A DNA stretch of 64,000 nt from a virus. The stretch's first letter is position 1, and the number at the start of each line of letters is the position of its first letter. The DNA lies in the IMG/VR virus record IMGVR_UViG_3300030107_006096, positions 1-64,000 of that record; one strand, given 5' to 3'. Shown piece after piece: positions 31,098-41,078 of this stretch. Under the pieces are notes generated by a model. The model saw nothing but the letters and a program-made list of their open reading frames with translations. It had not been told where the DNA came from and made no database searches. The translations under genes and the position numbers were made by a program.

Positions 31098-32654
31098 ATG
31101 CCATTTGACCTCTTTGGATTTACTATTGGAAAGAGGGGAAAGGAATCCCCTAAACCAACTACATTTGAAAATCAGGCCGACAAAAGCATCAAGTCTTTTG
31201 TCGGTCCTGATGATTATGATGGAGCCATGACAGTTGAAGCTGGTGGTGTCTTCGGAACATATATTGATTTTTCCGGAGCAGTAAAAAACGAAAACGATTT
31301 AGTTCGTAGATTTAGATCAATGTCACTATTTCCAGAAGTGGATATGGCAATAACTGACATTGCAAATGACGCAATCGTTTTTGATGATGAGAAAAAACCA
31401 GTTCAAATAAGTCTGGGCGAAACTAATCTATCAGATAATATTAAGAAAAAGATAGAGGATGAATTCGAATCAATCCTTTATCTTTTAAATTTCAATAACA
31501 AAGGTTATGATATATTCAGAAGATGGTATGTGGACAGTAAATTATTCTACCACATCATTATCGATGAGAATAATCCTAAAAAGGGAATAAAAGAATTACG
31601 ACCGATCGATCCTGTTAAAATTCAAAAGATAAGAAAAGTTAATAAACAAAATCTAAAAGCTAATGGAGCGTCTGTTCCCATAGTAACAGACGTTGAAGAA
31701 TTCTTTCTTTACGTTGAAACTGATAAACAGGCTTTATACCAAACATCAACGCAAGGTTTAAAAATTGCACCCGATTCAATTTGTTACGTTCATTCAGGAC
31801 AAATAGATACCGGATCTAAAAGAGTAATAGGTTATCTACAAAAAGCAATTAGACCTTTAAATATGCTTCGTCAGATCGAGGATGCTGTCGTTGTATATAG
31901 AATCTCCCGAGCGCCGGAAAGAAGAATTTTCTATATCGATGTTGGTAACTTACCAAAACAAAAAGCAGAACAATATCTCAAAGGAATTATGAATCGTTAT
32001 CGTAATAAGATAACGTACAATGAAACAACTGGTGAAATTGAAGACGATAGAAGGCACATGAGCGTTCTTGAAGATTACTGGTTGCCAAGACGAGAAGGTG
32101 GCAGAGGAACAGAAATTTCTACTCTTGATGGTGGACAAAACTTAGGAGAGATGGAAGATGTCATGTACCTACAGAAAAAATTATATCGTGCGTTGAATGT
32201 TCCTCCTTCAAGATTAGAAGCAGAGAATGGCTTTAATATGGGAAGATCTGCTGAGATTACTAGAGACGAAGTAAAGTTTTCAAAGTTTGTAGATCGACTT
32301 AGAATGAGATTTTCTGAATTATTCTTAAGATTGCTTCGTTCACAGTTAATATTAAAGGGAATAATTAAGCAGGAAGACTGGGATAAAATTTATCAAAACA
32401 TTGCTTTTAAATTTAAGACAGACTCTTATTTCCAAGAATTAAAAGAGAATGAAATTCTTAAAGAACGAGCAGAGATGTTAAGAGATTTGGATGAATATAT
32501 TGGAAAGTATTATTCGATTGAATATATTCGAACGAGAGTATTACATCAAACTGAAGAAGAAATAAAAGAAATAGATTCACAGATAAAACAAGAAACCGAT
32601 CAAGGTTTAATAGATTCGGGTGAAGAACCTGAAGGAGAGGAAGATTTTGAATGA
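31098..32654 (+). CDS. gp20: Portal protein gp20
   Basis: YRISRAPERRIFYIDVGNLP, EDYWLPRREGGRGTEISTL. Confidence 0.97.
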   Translation: MPFDLFGFTIGKRGKESPKPTTFENQADKSIKSFVGPDDYDGAMTVEAGGVFGTYIDFSGAVKNENDLVRRFRSMSLFPEVDMAITDIANDAIVFDDEKKPVQISLGETNLSDNIKKKIEDEFESILYLLNFNNKGYDIFRRWYVDSKLFYHIIIDENNPKKGIKELRPIDPVKIQKIRKVNKQNLKANGASVPIVTDVEEFFLYVETDKQALYQTSTQGLKIAPDSICYVHSGQIDTGSKRVIGYLQKAIRPLNMLRQIEDAVVVYRISRAPERRIFYIDVGNLPKQKAEQYLKGIMNRYRNKITYNETTGEIEDDRRHMSVLEDYWLPRREGGRGTEISTLDGGQNLGEMEDVMYLQKKLYRALNVPPSRLEAENGFNMGRSAEITRDEVKFSKFVDRLRMRFSELFLRLLRSQLILKGIIKQEDWDKIYQNIAFKFKTDSYFQELKENEILKERAEMLRDLDEYIGKYYSIEYIRTRVLHQTEEEIKEIDSQIKQETDQGLIDSGEEPEGEEDFE

Positions 32655-33169
32655 ATAAAAATCTAAAAGACATGTTGAGTGCATCTATTAATAATGACAT
32701 CGATTCTTTTACAGCATCCTTTGAAGCTGAAGTTAATGATAGAATTTCTTCGAAGATAGCACAAAAGCATTCTGAGGTTGCTCAGAATGTGATGAAAGAT
32801 GAAACACAAGTAGAAGAGGCTTTTTCGAAACAATCTAGATCAAATAATTATGACTTCAGAAGCAAAAATGATTTGAATAAATTTGTAAAAGCAGTTATGA
32901 AAGCTGGAGTTAAAAAAACTAATTTAAAGATATCAGGTACGAATGTTGTAGTGAAAGATTTGGATGATGGTGACATGGGAGAGATTATTTATTTTATGGC
33001 AAAAGATATGAAAGCAGTCACCGAATCTAAAGATACTAAAATAGAAAAAAACCTAAATAATTGGCAAAACGATGAAGATCTAATAAGCAATTTAATGAAT
33101 TGCATAGAGTCCGAAGATTATAGTAATATCTTAGATTTAGCAGAGGAACTATCAAATGACATTAACTAA
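32651..33169 (+). CDS. Putative prohead core protein (gp67-like position)
   Basis: Between gp20 and gp21; helical N-terminus resembles small core proteins; assignment mostly by synteny. Confidence 0.5.
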   Translation: MNKNLKDMLSASINNDIDSFTASFEAEVNDRISSKIAQKHSEVAQNVMKDETQVEEAFSKQSRSNNYDFRSKNDLNKFVKAVMKAGVKKTNLKISGTNVVVKDLDDGDMGEIIYFMAKDMKAVTESKDTKIEKNLNNWQNDEDLISNLMNCIESEDYSNILDLAEELSNDIN

Positions 33170-33704
33170 AAGAATTATAGACTTACTTCAAGAAAATAAA
33201 TTAGTTGAAGCCACAGACATGACTGAGACTGTTTTATATTCCAAACTTACAGAAATTTTAGCAGAGAAGTATGAGGAAATTTCTCCCACTCTCTTTGGTG
33301 AGGCTAAGAAAGCAAAAGTCACGGACAAAGATGATGATGGTGAAGGAATGGATCCAGTTGGACATGGTGATGATGATATTGATAATGATGGCGATTCTGA
33401 TGATTCTGATGAGTATTTAAAGAACCGAAGAAAAGCAATCGGTAAAGCCATTAAGAAAGAACAAACAGAAGTTGAGGAGCAAGAAGAACCAAAAGCTCAA
33501 AAGAAAGGAACCGTTTACGGAATTTCCAAAGGTGCTTATAAAGCTAAATCTCCCGAACAAAGATCTTTAATTAAACAGAAGCATCATAGAGATGCCGAGA
33601 AGTCCGAAAGAGAAGCAGAAAGAGAACGTGTCAAGAAAGCAAGAGAACGGTCTCAACAGCAAAGGGTTGATCAGGAAAGAGACATGGAGGCAGGTCGAGG
33701 ATGA
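33156..33704 (+). CDS. Putative internal head/core protein with acidic DxDNDGD motif
   Basis: Highly charged; DPVGHGDDDIDNDGDSDDSDEYLKNRRKAI; lies just before gp21. Confidence 0.5.
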   Translation: MTLTKRIIDLLQENKLVEATDMTETVLYSKLTEILAEKYEEISPTLFGEAKKAKVTDKDDDGEGMDPVGHGDDDIDNDGDSDDSDEYLKNRRKAIGKAIKKEQTEVEEQEEPKAQKKGTVYGISKGAYKAKSPEQRSLIKQKHHRDAEKSEREAERERVKKARERSQQQRVDQERDMEAGRG

Positions 33705-34348
33705 AATTAATTACAGAAATGACAGAGGACATTCAACTTCTCGCAGAGGTAAATGAAAAAACCGGCGAGAAGAATTATTTCATTGAAGGTGTCTTCATGC
33801 AAGCCGGTCAGAAAAATCGTAATAATAGAATCTATCCTTCTGAGATTTTGAACAAAGAAGTTGGTAGATACACTAAAGAGTATGTTAATAAGAATCGAGC
33901 CATGGGTGAATTAAATCACCCACAAGGTCCCACAGTAAATCTTGATCGTGTATCCCATATTATCAAAGAGCTTCGTGTGGATGGAAATGACATCTATGGG
34001 AAGGCAAAAGTGATGGACACACCTATGGGCAAGATTGCAAAAAATCTTATTGATGAGGGTGCTAAACTTGGCGTATCTTCCCGTGGAATGGGTTCTTTGA
34101 AAGAAAAAAATGGAATCAATGAAGTCCAAAAAGACTTCATGCTTGCTGCTGTAGATATTGTTGCTGACCCATCAGCACCAAACGCTTTCGTGAATGGAAT
34201 AATGGAAGGCGCAGAGTGGGTTTGGGATAACGGACTATTGAAGCAAAAACGAATTGAAGAATATAAAGCAGAGATAGAAAAAACGTCTAGAGCAGATTTA
34301 GAAGAAAAGGCTCTAAAATTGTTCACAGATTTCATGTCAAACTTATAA
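33701..34348 (+). CDS. gp21: Prohead protease gp21
   Basis: MKLITE, GELNHP, GVSSRGMGS, DIVADPSAPNAFV. Confidence 0.97.
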   Translation: MKLITEMTEDIQLLAEVNEKTGEKNYFIEGVFMQAGQKNRNNRIYPSEILNKEVGRYTKEYVNKNRAMGELNHPQGPTVNLDRVSHIIKELRVDGNDIYGKAKVMDTPMGKIAKNLIDEGAKLGVSSRGMGSLKEKNGINEVQKDFMLAAVDIVADPSAPNAFVNGIMEGAEWVWDNGLLKQKRIEEYKAEIEKTSRADLEEKALKLFTDFMSNL

Positions 34349-34352
34349 AAAC

Positions 34353-34360
34353 TATAAATA
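34353..34360 (+). promoter_or_regulatory. Late promoter TATAAATA (gp22)
   Basis: Exact consensus, intergenic. Confidence 0.85.
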
Positions 34361-34391
34361 CTAAGATATATCGTCTACAAGGAGAAGTCAA

Positions 34392-35537
34392 ATGGAATAT
34401 ATGGATCCAATCGAAACAGCAAGAGCCATTCTTGCAGGAGAACTTTCTGAAACTCTAGATCCCGAAGAGGATCTGGAAGATACCGCTATTGATGCTGAAA
34501 TTGAGGAAGACCTCGAAGAAGCAAAGCATAAGAATAATGATGATGAAGATGAAGACAACGATGACGAAGATGATGAAGAAACTGATGAAGATTACGATGT
34601 TCGTCGTGGCAAAAAGGTCAACAAAGAAGCTGTTGTAAATCCTAAGAGCGAGGAAGATAAGGATCTTTATAAAGATGCTCAGGGTAAAGGTGCTAAGGTT
34701 GCTAAACCAACTGGCAATGCCTCTGGAAAAAACAAAAGCGGCATCAAAGCAAAAGCATCTTCTGCTTCAGGAAAGATAGACACACCCACTGCCAGCGGAA
34801 GCTCACAGGAAAGATTAGAGCAGCATATGACTACTCTCTTTGATGGTGAAGAACTGACTGAACAGTTTAAGACTAAGGCTTCTACCATTTTTGAAGCAGC
34901 AATAAACGAAAGAGTTAGTGAAGTCGAGGCTTCTTTACTTGAACAGTATGAAGAAGTTATTGAAGAGCATACTGAGGCTATCTCTAAAGAATTAGCAGAA
35001 AAAATCGATAACTATCTCACCTACGTTGTTGAGAAGTGGGTTGAGGAAAATGAAATTGCAATCGAGACTGGCATTCGTGCTGATATTGCAGAAGATTTTA
35101 TGACTGGTCTTAAAGAACTTTTCGAGAACTCATATGTTGATGTTCCTGAAGAGAAGAATGATTTAGTTGAGCAACTCGCAGAAGCAGTTGTTGATCTTCA
35201 AGATAAATTAGAAAACGAAATTGCTAGAAATATTGATCTCAAATCAAACGTAATGGAAAGCCGTTGCGAAACAATTCTGAGTGAAGTTTCTGAAGGACTT
35301 GTAGACACAGAAGCAGAAAAACTTCACTCTCTCGCAGAGGGAATTGAATTTGAAGATGAAGATCAGTATCGTGAGAAGTTAAACATTCTTAGAGAAAGTT
35401 ATTTTGGAGAATCAGCAGTTTCATTAAATGAAGAAGATTCTTCTAACAATCAAATCGAAACACCCGCTGGTATGGAAAGATACATGTCTGCTCTTTCTAA
35501 ATCAGCAAAACTTAGCAAAGAGAACAGGCTATCCTAA
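34392..35537 (+). CDS. gp22: Prohead scaffold protein gp22
   Basis: FKTKASTIFEAA, YLTYVVEKWVEEN, LRESYF; acidic coiled coil. Confidence 0.93.
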   Translation: MEYMDPIETARAILAGELSETLDPEEDLEDTAIDAEIEEDLEEAKHKNNDDEDEDNDDEDDEETDEDYDVRRGKKVNKEAVVNPKSEEDKDLYKDAQGKGAKVAKPTGNASGKNKSGIKAKASSASGKIDTPTASGSSQERLEQHMTTLFDGEELTEQFKTKASTIFEAAINERVSEVEASLLEQYEEVIEEHTEAISKELAEKIDNYLTYVVEKWVEENEIAIETGIRADIAEDFMTGLKELFENSYVDVPEEKNDLVEQLAEAVVDLQDKLENEIARNIDLKSNVMESRCETILSEVSEGLVDTEAEKLHSLAEGIEFEDEDQYREKLNILRESYFGESAVSLNEEDSSNNQIETPAGMERYMSALSKSAKLSKENRLS

Positions 35538-35552
35538 ATTTTAAATCTTATA

Positions 35553-35560
35553 GATAAATA
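35553..35560 (+). promoter_or_regulatory. Late promoter variant GATAAATA (gp23)
   Basis: One mismatch to consensus; intergenic upstream of the major capsid gene. Confidence 0.7.
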
Positions 35561-35586
35561 GTATACTTAAACAAAGGAGATACGAA

Positions 35587-37080
35587 ATGGACTTTAACGG
35601 AGTTACCCCCTACGACCAGTTAGTAGAAAAGTGGTCACCCATCCTTGAACATCCTGAAATGGATGGAATTGAAGATGGTTATAGAAGAAAATGTACTGCT
35701 GCCATGCTTGAAAATCAGGAAAGAGCATTAGCAGAAGAACGAGGTTATCAGCACAATCTTAGCGAAGCATATCCTTTAAATGCTGTAGATAGAGCCGGAG
35801 ATACCGGACTTGCAGGTGTAAATGGTTCACAGCGCCCAATGGGTGGTTATGATCCTATTTTAATCAGTCTCGTCCGTCGTGCTATGCCTAACTTAATGGC
35901 ATATGACATTTGCGGTGTTCAGCCAATGAGCGCCCCAACTGGACTTATCTTTGCACTTAAGGCACAACATTCTGGTGGTGCTGCCGCTGGTGATCAAGAA
36001 GCACTCTTCCACGAAGCAGGAAACCGTGGTGGTACTGCTGCTGCTGCTAATGGTGCTACTGCTGCTGCTGACTGGGATCCCCTGCTCGGTTTCACTGGTT
36101 CTGATATCTCTATCGCTAGAGCAATGACCAGAAATGATGCTGAAGGTTTAGGTGGAGGTTCAATCGGTTTCGCAGAGATGGCATTCAGCATTGAGCGTAC
36201 ATCCGTTACTGCGAAGACTCGCGCCCTCAAGGCTGAGTATACGACAGAACTTGCTCAGGACCTTAAAGCAGTTCATGGACTCGACGCAGAGAGTGAACTT
36301 GCTAACATCCTTAGCACTGAAATTCTTTCAGAAATTAACCGTGAAGTCGTTCGTACAATCTACGGTGTTGCTAAACTTGGTGGTCAGCAGAGAGATCTGA
36401 CTTACGCCGGTGCAACAGCCGCTGCTGAACACGCTTATGGTGTTCCTGCCGGTCGTGGACTGGATGGTACAGTTCATGGTGGTGGTATCTACGACATCGT
36501 AAACGATGCCGACGGACGTTGGAGTGCAGAGCGTTGGAGAGGACTTATGTTCCAGATCGAACGTGAAGCAAACGTAATCGCCAAAGAGACTCGTAGAGGA
36601 AAAGGTAACGTCATCATGTGCGACAGCGACACTGCTTCAGCACTCGCAATGGCTGGATTCCTTAACATCTCACCTGCTCTTAACAATAACTTAGACATTG
36701 ATGATACTGGAAACACTTTTGCCGGTATGCTTAATGGTAAGTTTAAAGTTTATATCGATCCTTATGTTAACGCAAACTCAAGTGCATATAGCACTAACAC
36801 TGCTCAGAACTTCGTTTGTGTTGGATACAGAGGAACAAATCCATATGACGCTGGACTCTTCTACTGCCCATACGTTCCACTCCAGATGGTTCGTGCAGTT
36901 GGTGAGAATACCTTCCAGCCCAAGATTGGATTCAAGACTCGTTACGGATTAGTCAGCAACCCATTCGTCACCACAAATGGTGCAAACAATGGTACGCCTG
37001 ACGGAGAGACATTAACAGTTCGTGTTAATCCTTATTATAGAATTATGCGTCTGATTAATCTCCACGGACAGGGTTCGTGA
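35587..37080 (+). CDS. gp23: Major capsid protein gp23
   Basis: LISLVRRAMP, GVQPM, RALKAEYTTELAQDLKAVHGLDAE, YCPYVPLQM, GFKTRYG. Confidence 0.98.
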   Translation: MDFNGVTPYDQLVEKWSPILEHPEMDGIEDGYRRKCTAAMLENQERALAEERGYQHNLSEAYPLNAVDRAGDTGLAGVNGSQRPMGGYDPILISLVRRAMPNLMAYDICGVQPMSAPTGLIFALKAQHSGGAAAGDQEALFHEAGNRGGTAAAANGATAAADWDPLLGFTGSDISIARAMTRNDAEGLGGGSIGFAEMAFSIERTSVTAKTRALKAEYTTELAQDLKAVHGLDAESELANILSTEILSEINREVVRTIYGVAKLGGQQRDLTYAGATAAAEHAYGVPAGRGLDGTVHGGGIYDIVNDADGRWSAERWRGLMFQIEREANVIAKETRRGKGNVIMCDSDTASALAMAGFLNISPALNNNLDIDDTGNTFAGMLNGKFKVYIDPYVNANSSAYSTNTAQNFVCVGYRGTNPYDAGLFYCPYVPLQMVRAVGENTFQPKIGFKTRYGLVSNPFVTTNGANNGTPDGETLTVRVNPYYRIMRLINLHGQGS

Positions 37081-37108
37081 TCTCCTAACTCGTAACTCCG
37101 AGTAAATG

Positions 37109-37137
37109 GGGGAGTCCTTCGGGACTCCCCTTTTTTT
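37109..37137 (+). terminator. Rho-independent terminator with cUUCGg tetraloop
   Basis: GGGGAGTCC-TTCG-GGACTCCCC followed by T7, after gp23. Confidence 0.95.
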
Positions 37138-37138
37138 A

Positions 37139-37146
37139 TATAAATA
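37139..37146 (+). promoter_or_regulatory. Late promoter TATAAATA (gp3)
   Basis: Exact consensus just downstream of the terminator. Confidence 0.85.
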
Positions 37147-37165
37147 GTATTATGGAGGGAACATC

Positions 37166-37729
37166 ATGCCAGGATATACAGCAGAAAATGAAGTAGCGAT
37201 TGATGTTAAATATCAAAATTCTGCCTATAAACAACCAGCAGATGATAACTATCTCTTAAATAATGCTTTCAGATTTAATTTACAAAGGACTCCAACTGTA
37301 ACTTATTTCTGTCAAAGGGCAGCAATACCTCAACTATCTTTCAATATCATTGAACAGCCCACTAGATTTGGAGCAAAGGTTTATAAGGCTGGAACCTCTT
37401 ACGAATATTCTGAACTTGAAATTGAATTTATAGTTGATGAAAGAATGAGAAATTGGCTAGAGTTGCATGATTGGATGAGATCATTAAGTAACGCCGAAGA
37501 CGCATCAGAATTTATTCCATACGAACAACAAACATCTACAGCAGAAATAATAGTCTTAACCAGTGCTTATAAGCCCTATCTTGCAGTAACATTTAAAGAT
37601 GTATTTCCGACATCGTTAGGACAGATAAATTTTGATTCTACAATATCAGAAACAGAACCAGTTATATCTTCTGCAACATTTAGATATTCGACGTATTCAA
37701 TAAGAACCTTAGGCGATTTTCGCCCTTGA
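37166..37729 (+). CDS. gp3: Tail tube terminator/completion protein gp3-like
   Basis: PTVTYFCQ, FIVDERMRNWLELHDW, FKDVFPTSL; position after gp23. Confidence 0.85.
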   Translation: MPGYTAENEVAIDVKYQNSAYKQPADDNYLLNNAFRFNLQRTPTVTYFCQRAAIPQLSFNIIEQPTRFGAKVYKAGTSYEYSELEIEFIVDERMRNWLELHDWMRSLSNAEDASEFIPYEQQTSTAEIIVLTSAYKPYLAVTFKDVFPTSLGQINFDSTISETEPVISSATFRYSTYSIRTLGDFRP

Positions 37730-37753
37730 CTTGTTTTAAAATTATGCTAAAAT
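37726..37753 (+). promoter_or_regulatory. Sigma70-type promoter for uvsY-uvsW (TTGACT-N16-TAAAAT, TG extension)
   Basis: TTGACT 37726-31; TG at 37745-46; TAAAAT 37748-53. Confidence 0.65.
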
Positions 37754-37778
37754 GAAACTCCCATTACAGGAGTCCTAT

Positions 37779-38213
37779 ATGCGTTTTGATGAAATTAAAA
37801 AAATGATTGAAGAAGATATTGTGATGGATTCGACAGAGCTTGATAAAGAGGCTTTAAAGACACCACAACTGCATGGAAAATATCTAAATATACTGATTGA
37901 TGAAAAGTTAAAACTATCAAAGTATGACAGTGATTTCAAAAAACTAAAGAGAAAGAAATGGCTTTACTATACAGGAAAGATGAGTCAAGAAGAATTAAAT
38001 GAACTGGGTTGGGATCCGTTTGATTTAAATATACTTAAAACTGATATAGATAAGTTTCTAGATTCTGATGATGATTTAATCGTATTGAACGATAAGATTT
38101 TATTTTTAAAAGAAAAGGTGAACTACCTAGAAACCACTTTGAAGATGATTTCAAATAGACAGTGGTTGATAAGAGAGGCAATCGATTGGGTTAAATTTAC
38201 GCATGGAACATGA
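37779..38213 (+). CDS. uvsY: Recombination mediator UvsY
   Basis: LHGKYL, KWLYYTGK, LKTDIDKFLDSD, AIDWVKF; AGGAG RBS favours ATG 37779 over 37752. Confidence 0.9.
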   Translation: MRFDEIKKMIEEDIVMDSTELDKEALKTPQLHGKYLNILIDEKLKLSKYDSDFKKLKRKKWLYYTGKMSQEELNELGWDPFDLNILKTDIDKFLDSDDDLIVLNDKILFLKEKVNYLETTLKMISNRQWLIREAIDWVKFTHGT

Positions 38214-39684
38214 TAGTATTCACATAAAACCATATGATGATGTTTACATAAAAGTAGACTGTGAACGGGGAGTTGCAAAAGAACTTTCTGATTTTTTCAC
38301 ATTCAAAGTTCCTAACTATCAATACACTCCCGCTTTCAAGAATAAAGCATGGGATGGGCAAATAAGACTTTATAACATCTACAAGCAAACGATATACAAA
38401 GGTCTTTTAGATTATATCTTAAAGTTTGCAGAAGATAGGGATTATAAAGTAACGTCTTCTTTAGATATACAGGATTACAATTTCACGAAAGATGGAATAA
38501 AGTCCTTCATTGAAACACATTTAAATATTCCATATTCGCCATATGAACATCAAATAGATGCCGTTCATCATGCAATTAATAATGATAGGTGTCTTCTTTT
38601 ATCTCCTACTGGTTCTGGTAAATCTTTGATCATATATTCTTTAATGAGATACTATTCTGATAAGATAAATGATGATAAGAAAATACTAATCATAGTTCCT
38701 ACAACAGGGCTGGTATCTCAGATGATAAGTGACTTTAAAGATTATTCGAAAGATACAAAATGGAATGCAGGTAAAAATTGTCACGCTATATTCTCTGGAC
38801 AAGACAAATCTACCGATAAGAAAATAGTAATATCAACATGGCAAAGTATTCATAATATGAATGAGAAATATTTTGATCAATTTGAAGCTGTGTTTGGGGA
38901 TGAGTGTCATTTGTTCAAAGCAAAATCATTAACAAAGATAATGAGTAAACTTAAAAAATGTCCCTATCGTTTTGGTACAACTGGCACATTGGATGATTCG
39001 CAGACACATAAACTTGTAATTGAAGGACTCTTTGGAAGAGTATTTAAAGTTACTACAACGAAACAATTAATGGAGGAGAATCTTCTTTCTGAACTCAAAA
39101 TAGATTGCATCACCCTTTCTTATAGCGATGAAGAAGTGCAGGAAATAAAAAGAGCAAAGTATATTGAGGAAATTAAATGGCTTATTGCAAGTGAAAAGAG
39201 AAACAAATTCATACAAAATTTAGCATCAAATGTTGAAGGGAATACTCTTCTTTTATTCAACTATGTGAAAGAACATGGTGTTCCTCTATACGAAAATCTA
39301 AAAAAGAAACACAAGGACAAACCCATCTTTATGATTCATGGAGGAACCAGTGTAGAGCAGAGAGAAGAGATTAGGAATATTGTAGACAAGGAAAAAAATG
39401 CTATTTTAGTGGCTTCATATGGAACATGTTCTACGGGAATCAACATCAAAAACATTCACAATATCATATTTGCTTCTCCCTCCCGTTCAGTTATTCGTGT
39501 CCTACAGTCCATAGGTCGCGGCCTAAGGACTTCGAAGACTAAAAATAAGGTAAGACTATATGATATCAGTGATGATTTGAAGTATCTGAAATATGTGAAT
39601 CATACATACAAACATTTACACGAAAGAATTAAGATATATAATAAAGAGAGATTTGATTTTAAAAGAATCTCTATAAAACTATAG
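38203..39684 (+). CDS. uvsW: DNA helicase UvsW
   Basis: WDGQIRL, SPTGSGKS, DECH, GTTGT, QSIGRGLR. Confidence 0.96.
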   Translation: MEHDSIHIKPYDDVYIKVDCERGVAKELSDFFTFKVPNYQYTPAFKNKAWDGQIRLYNIYKQTIYKGLLDYILKFAEDRDYKVTSSLDIQDYNFTKDGIKSFIETHLNIPYSPYEHQIDAVHHAINNDRCLLLSPTGSGKSLIIYSLMRYYSDKINDDKKILIIVPTTGLVSQMISDFKDYSKDTKWNAGKNCHAIFSGQDKSTDKKIVISTWQSIHNMNEKYFDQFEAVFGDECHLFKAKSLTKIMSKLKKCPYRFGTTGTLDDSQTHKLVIEGLFGRVFKVTTTKQLMEENLLSELKIDCITLSYSDEEVQEIKRAKYIEEIKWLIASEKRNKFIQNLASNVEGNTLLLFNYVKEHGVPLYENLKKKHKDKPIFMIHGGTSVEQREEIRNIVDKEKNAILVASYGTCSTGINIKNIHNIIFASPSRSVIRVLQSIGRGLRTSKTKNKVRLYDISDDLKYLKYVNHTYKHLHERIKIYNKERFDFKRISIKL

Positions 39685-39694
39685 AGGAGAGTAC

Positions 39695-40417
39695 ATGAAA
39701 AGTAAGTACAGAATCTTAAAGTTGAAAAGTGGGGAAGAGATTATTGCTAGAATTGTTGGCTCCACAAGAGAGAAAATGACTCTAGAAAGACCTATGGTTT
39801 TTAGGACTACTTTTCAAATGGATGGTTTTGGAAGAAAGAGAGAAATTACTTTCCTCCGAGACTGGTTACAAAATACCAACGATATTAAAATAGAAATTCC
39901 TAAAGATCATATAGCTTCATTTCTTGCTCCCAATAGTGAAGTTTCGAAATTATATGAAATGGAAAAGGAACGAGATGACGTTCCTCCAAGTTTAAAATCT
40001 CCGGAGATTCCGGACATGAATAATGAAAGTCAATCTTCTGTATCTTCTATATTAGATGAGTTATTGAAAGAAAAGATAAATGATGAAGAAGAAAAGTTAG
40101 AAGACTTATTGGCAAGTATGGAAGATTTTAAAGAAGATTTCCCAGATCAAATGATGGAAGAAAACGATCCGACTACTCAGGAGTTCATAGTTATGAATAT
40201 GTTATTTCCCCCGTCTATGCTAAAGGATATGATTGATAGGGGAATAATTGATCCAATGGAACTGGGTTCCATACTAGATTCATTCGGTCCAAAGGAAAAT
40301 GAACATCCGGAAGGAATGAGTGATAAATATACTGGTGATGAAAATGATAGAGAAGATTTTGGCAATAAGTGGTCAGATTGGTCGCCTGATATTAATGATT
40401 ATTTAAAACCAGAATAA
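39695..40417 (+). CDS. Hypothetical protein with Sm-like N-terminus and acidic tail
   Basis: RILKLKSGEEIIARI start typical of the gene between uvsW and gp55 in T4-like phages; GAGGAG RBS. Confidence 0.6.
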   Translation: MKSKYRILKLKSGEEIIARIVGSTREKMTLERPMVFRTTFQMDGFGRKREITFLRDWLQNTNDIKIEIPKDHIASFLAPNSEVSKLYEMEKERDDVPPSLKSPEIPDMNNESQSSVSSILDELLKEKINDEEEKLEDLLASMEDFKEDFPDQMMEENDPTTQEFIVMNMLFPPSMLKDMIDRGIIDPMELGSILDSFGPKENEHPEGMSDKYTGDENDREDFGNKWSDWSPDINDYLKPE

Positions 40418-40430
40418 TTGTTCTTCAATC

Positions 40431-40472
40431 CTTGACAAAGGCGATTTTAATCGTACAATAAAAAGTGTCAAG
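40431..40472. promoter_or_regulatory. Overlapping opposed sigma70-like promoters/inverted repeat upstream of gp55
   Basis: + strand TTGACA(40432-37)-N16-TACAAT(40454-59); - strand TTGACA(40471-66)-N16-TAAAAT(40449-44). Confidence 0.6.
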
Positions 40473-40496
40473 AAAAAAATATAAGGTTGAAGAAAA

Positions 40497-41078
40497 ATGA
40501 GTAAAAAGAAAAACGCAAATCATTACATTGATAACAAAGTTTTTTATCAAGCGATGATAGAGTGGAAAGAGAAAATAAAAGAAGCAGAAGAGGTGGGAGA
40601 TCCAAGACCTGCTGTTACGGAATATATCGGAAAGTGTTTCATGGATATAGCAGAACACTTAGCATATAGACCTAATTTTATGAACTATCCATATAAAGAT
40701 GAAATGATTGGCGATGGAATAGAAAATTGTATTCTGTACGCTCACAATTTTAATCCAGAAAAATCAAAAAATCCTTTTTCATATTTCACACAGATCATAT
40801 ACTATGCATTCTTGAGAAGAATAGAAAAGGAAAAGAAAAATTCATACATCAAATATAAGATGTTAGAAATGAATGATCCTGAAGGTCTATTTTCGAAATA
40901 CTTTAAGGATAATTTTTTCAAAGGTGAAGATGATGATAAAAGTATTAAAGACATTTTCAACCTTTCAGAAAAAGATATAGAAAAGTTTGAACCCAAAAAG
41001 AAAAAGAAAAGAAAGAAAAAGGCATCTCTTGATGATGTCATGGAAGATGAAGTAAATGAAGATAGCACTAATAAATGA
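40497..41078 (+). CDS. gp55: Late-transcription sigma factor gp55
   Basis: HYIDNK, YIGKCF, RPNFMNY, NPFSYFTQIIYYAFLRRIEKEK. Confidence 0.96.
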   Translation: MSKKKNANHYIDNKVFYQAMIEWKEKIKEAEEVGDPRPAVTEYIGKCFMDIAEHLAYRPNFMNYPYKDEMIGDGIENCILYAHNFNPEKSKNPFSYFTQIIYYAFLRRIEKEKKNSYIKYKMLEMNDPEGLFSKYFKDNFFKGEDDDKSIKDIFNLSEKDIEKFEPKKKKKRKKKASLDDVMEDEVNEDSTNK

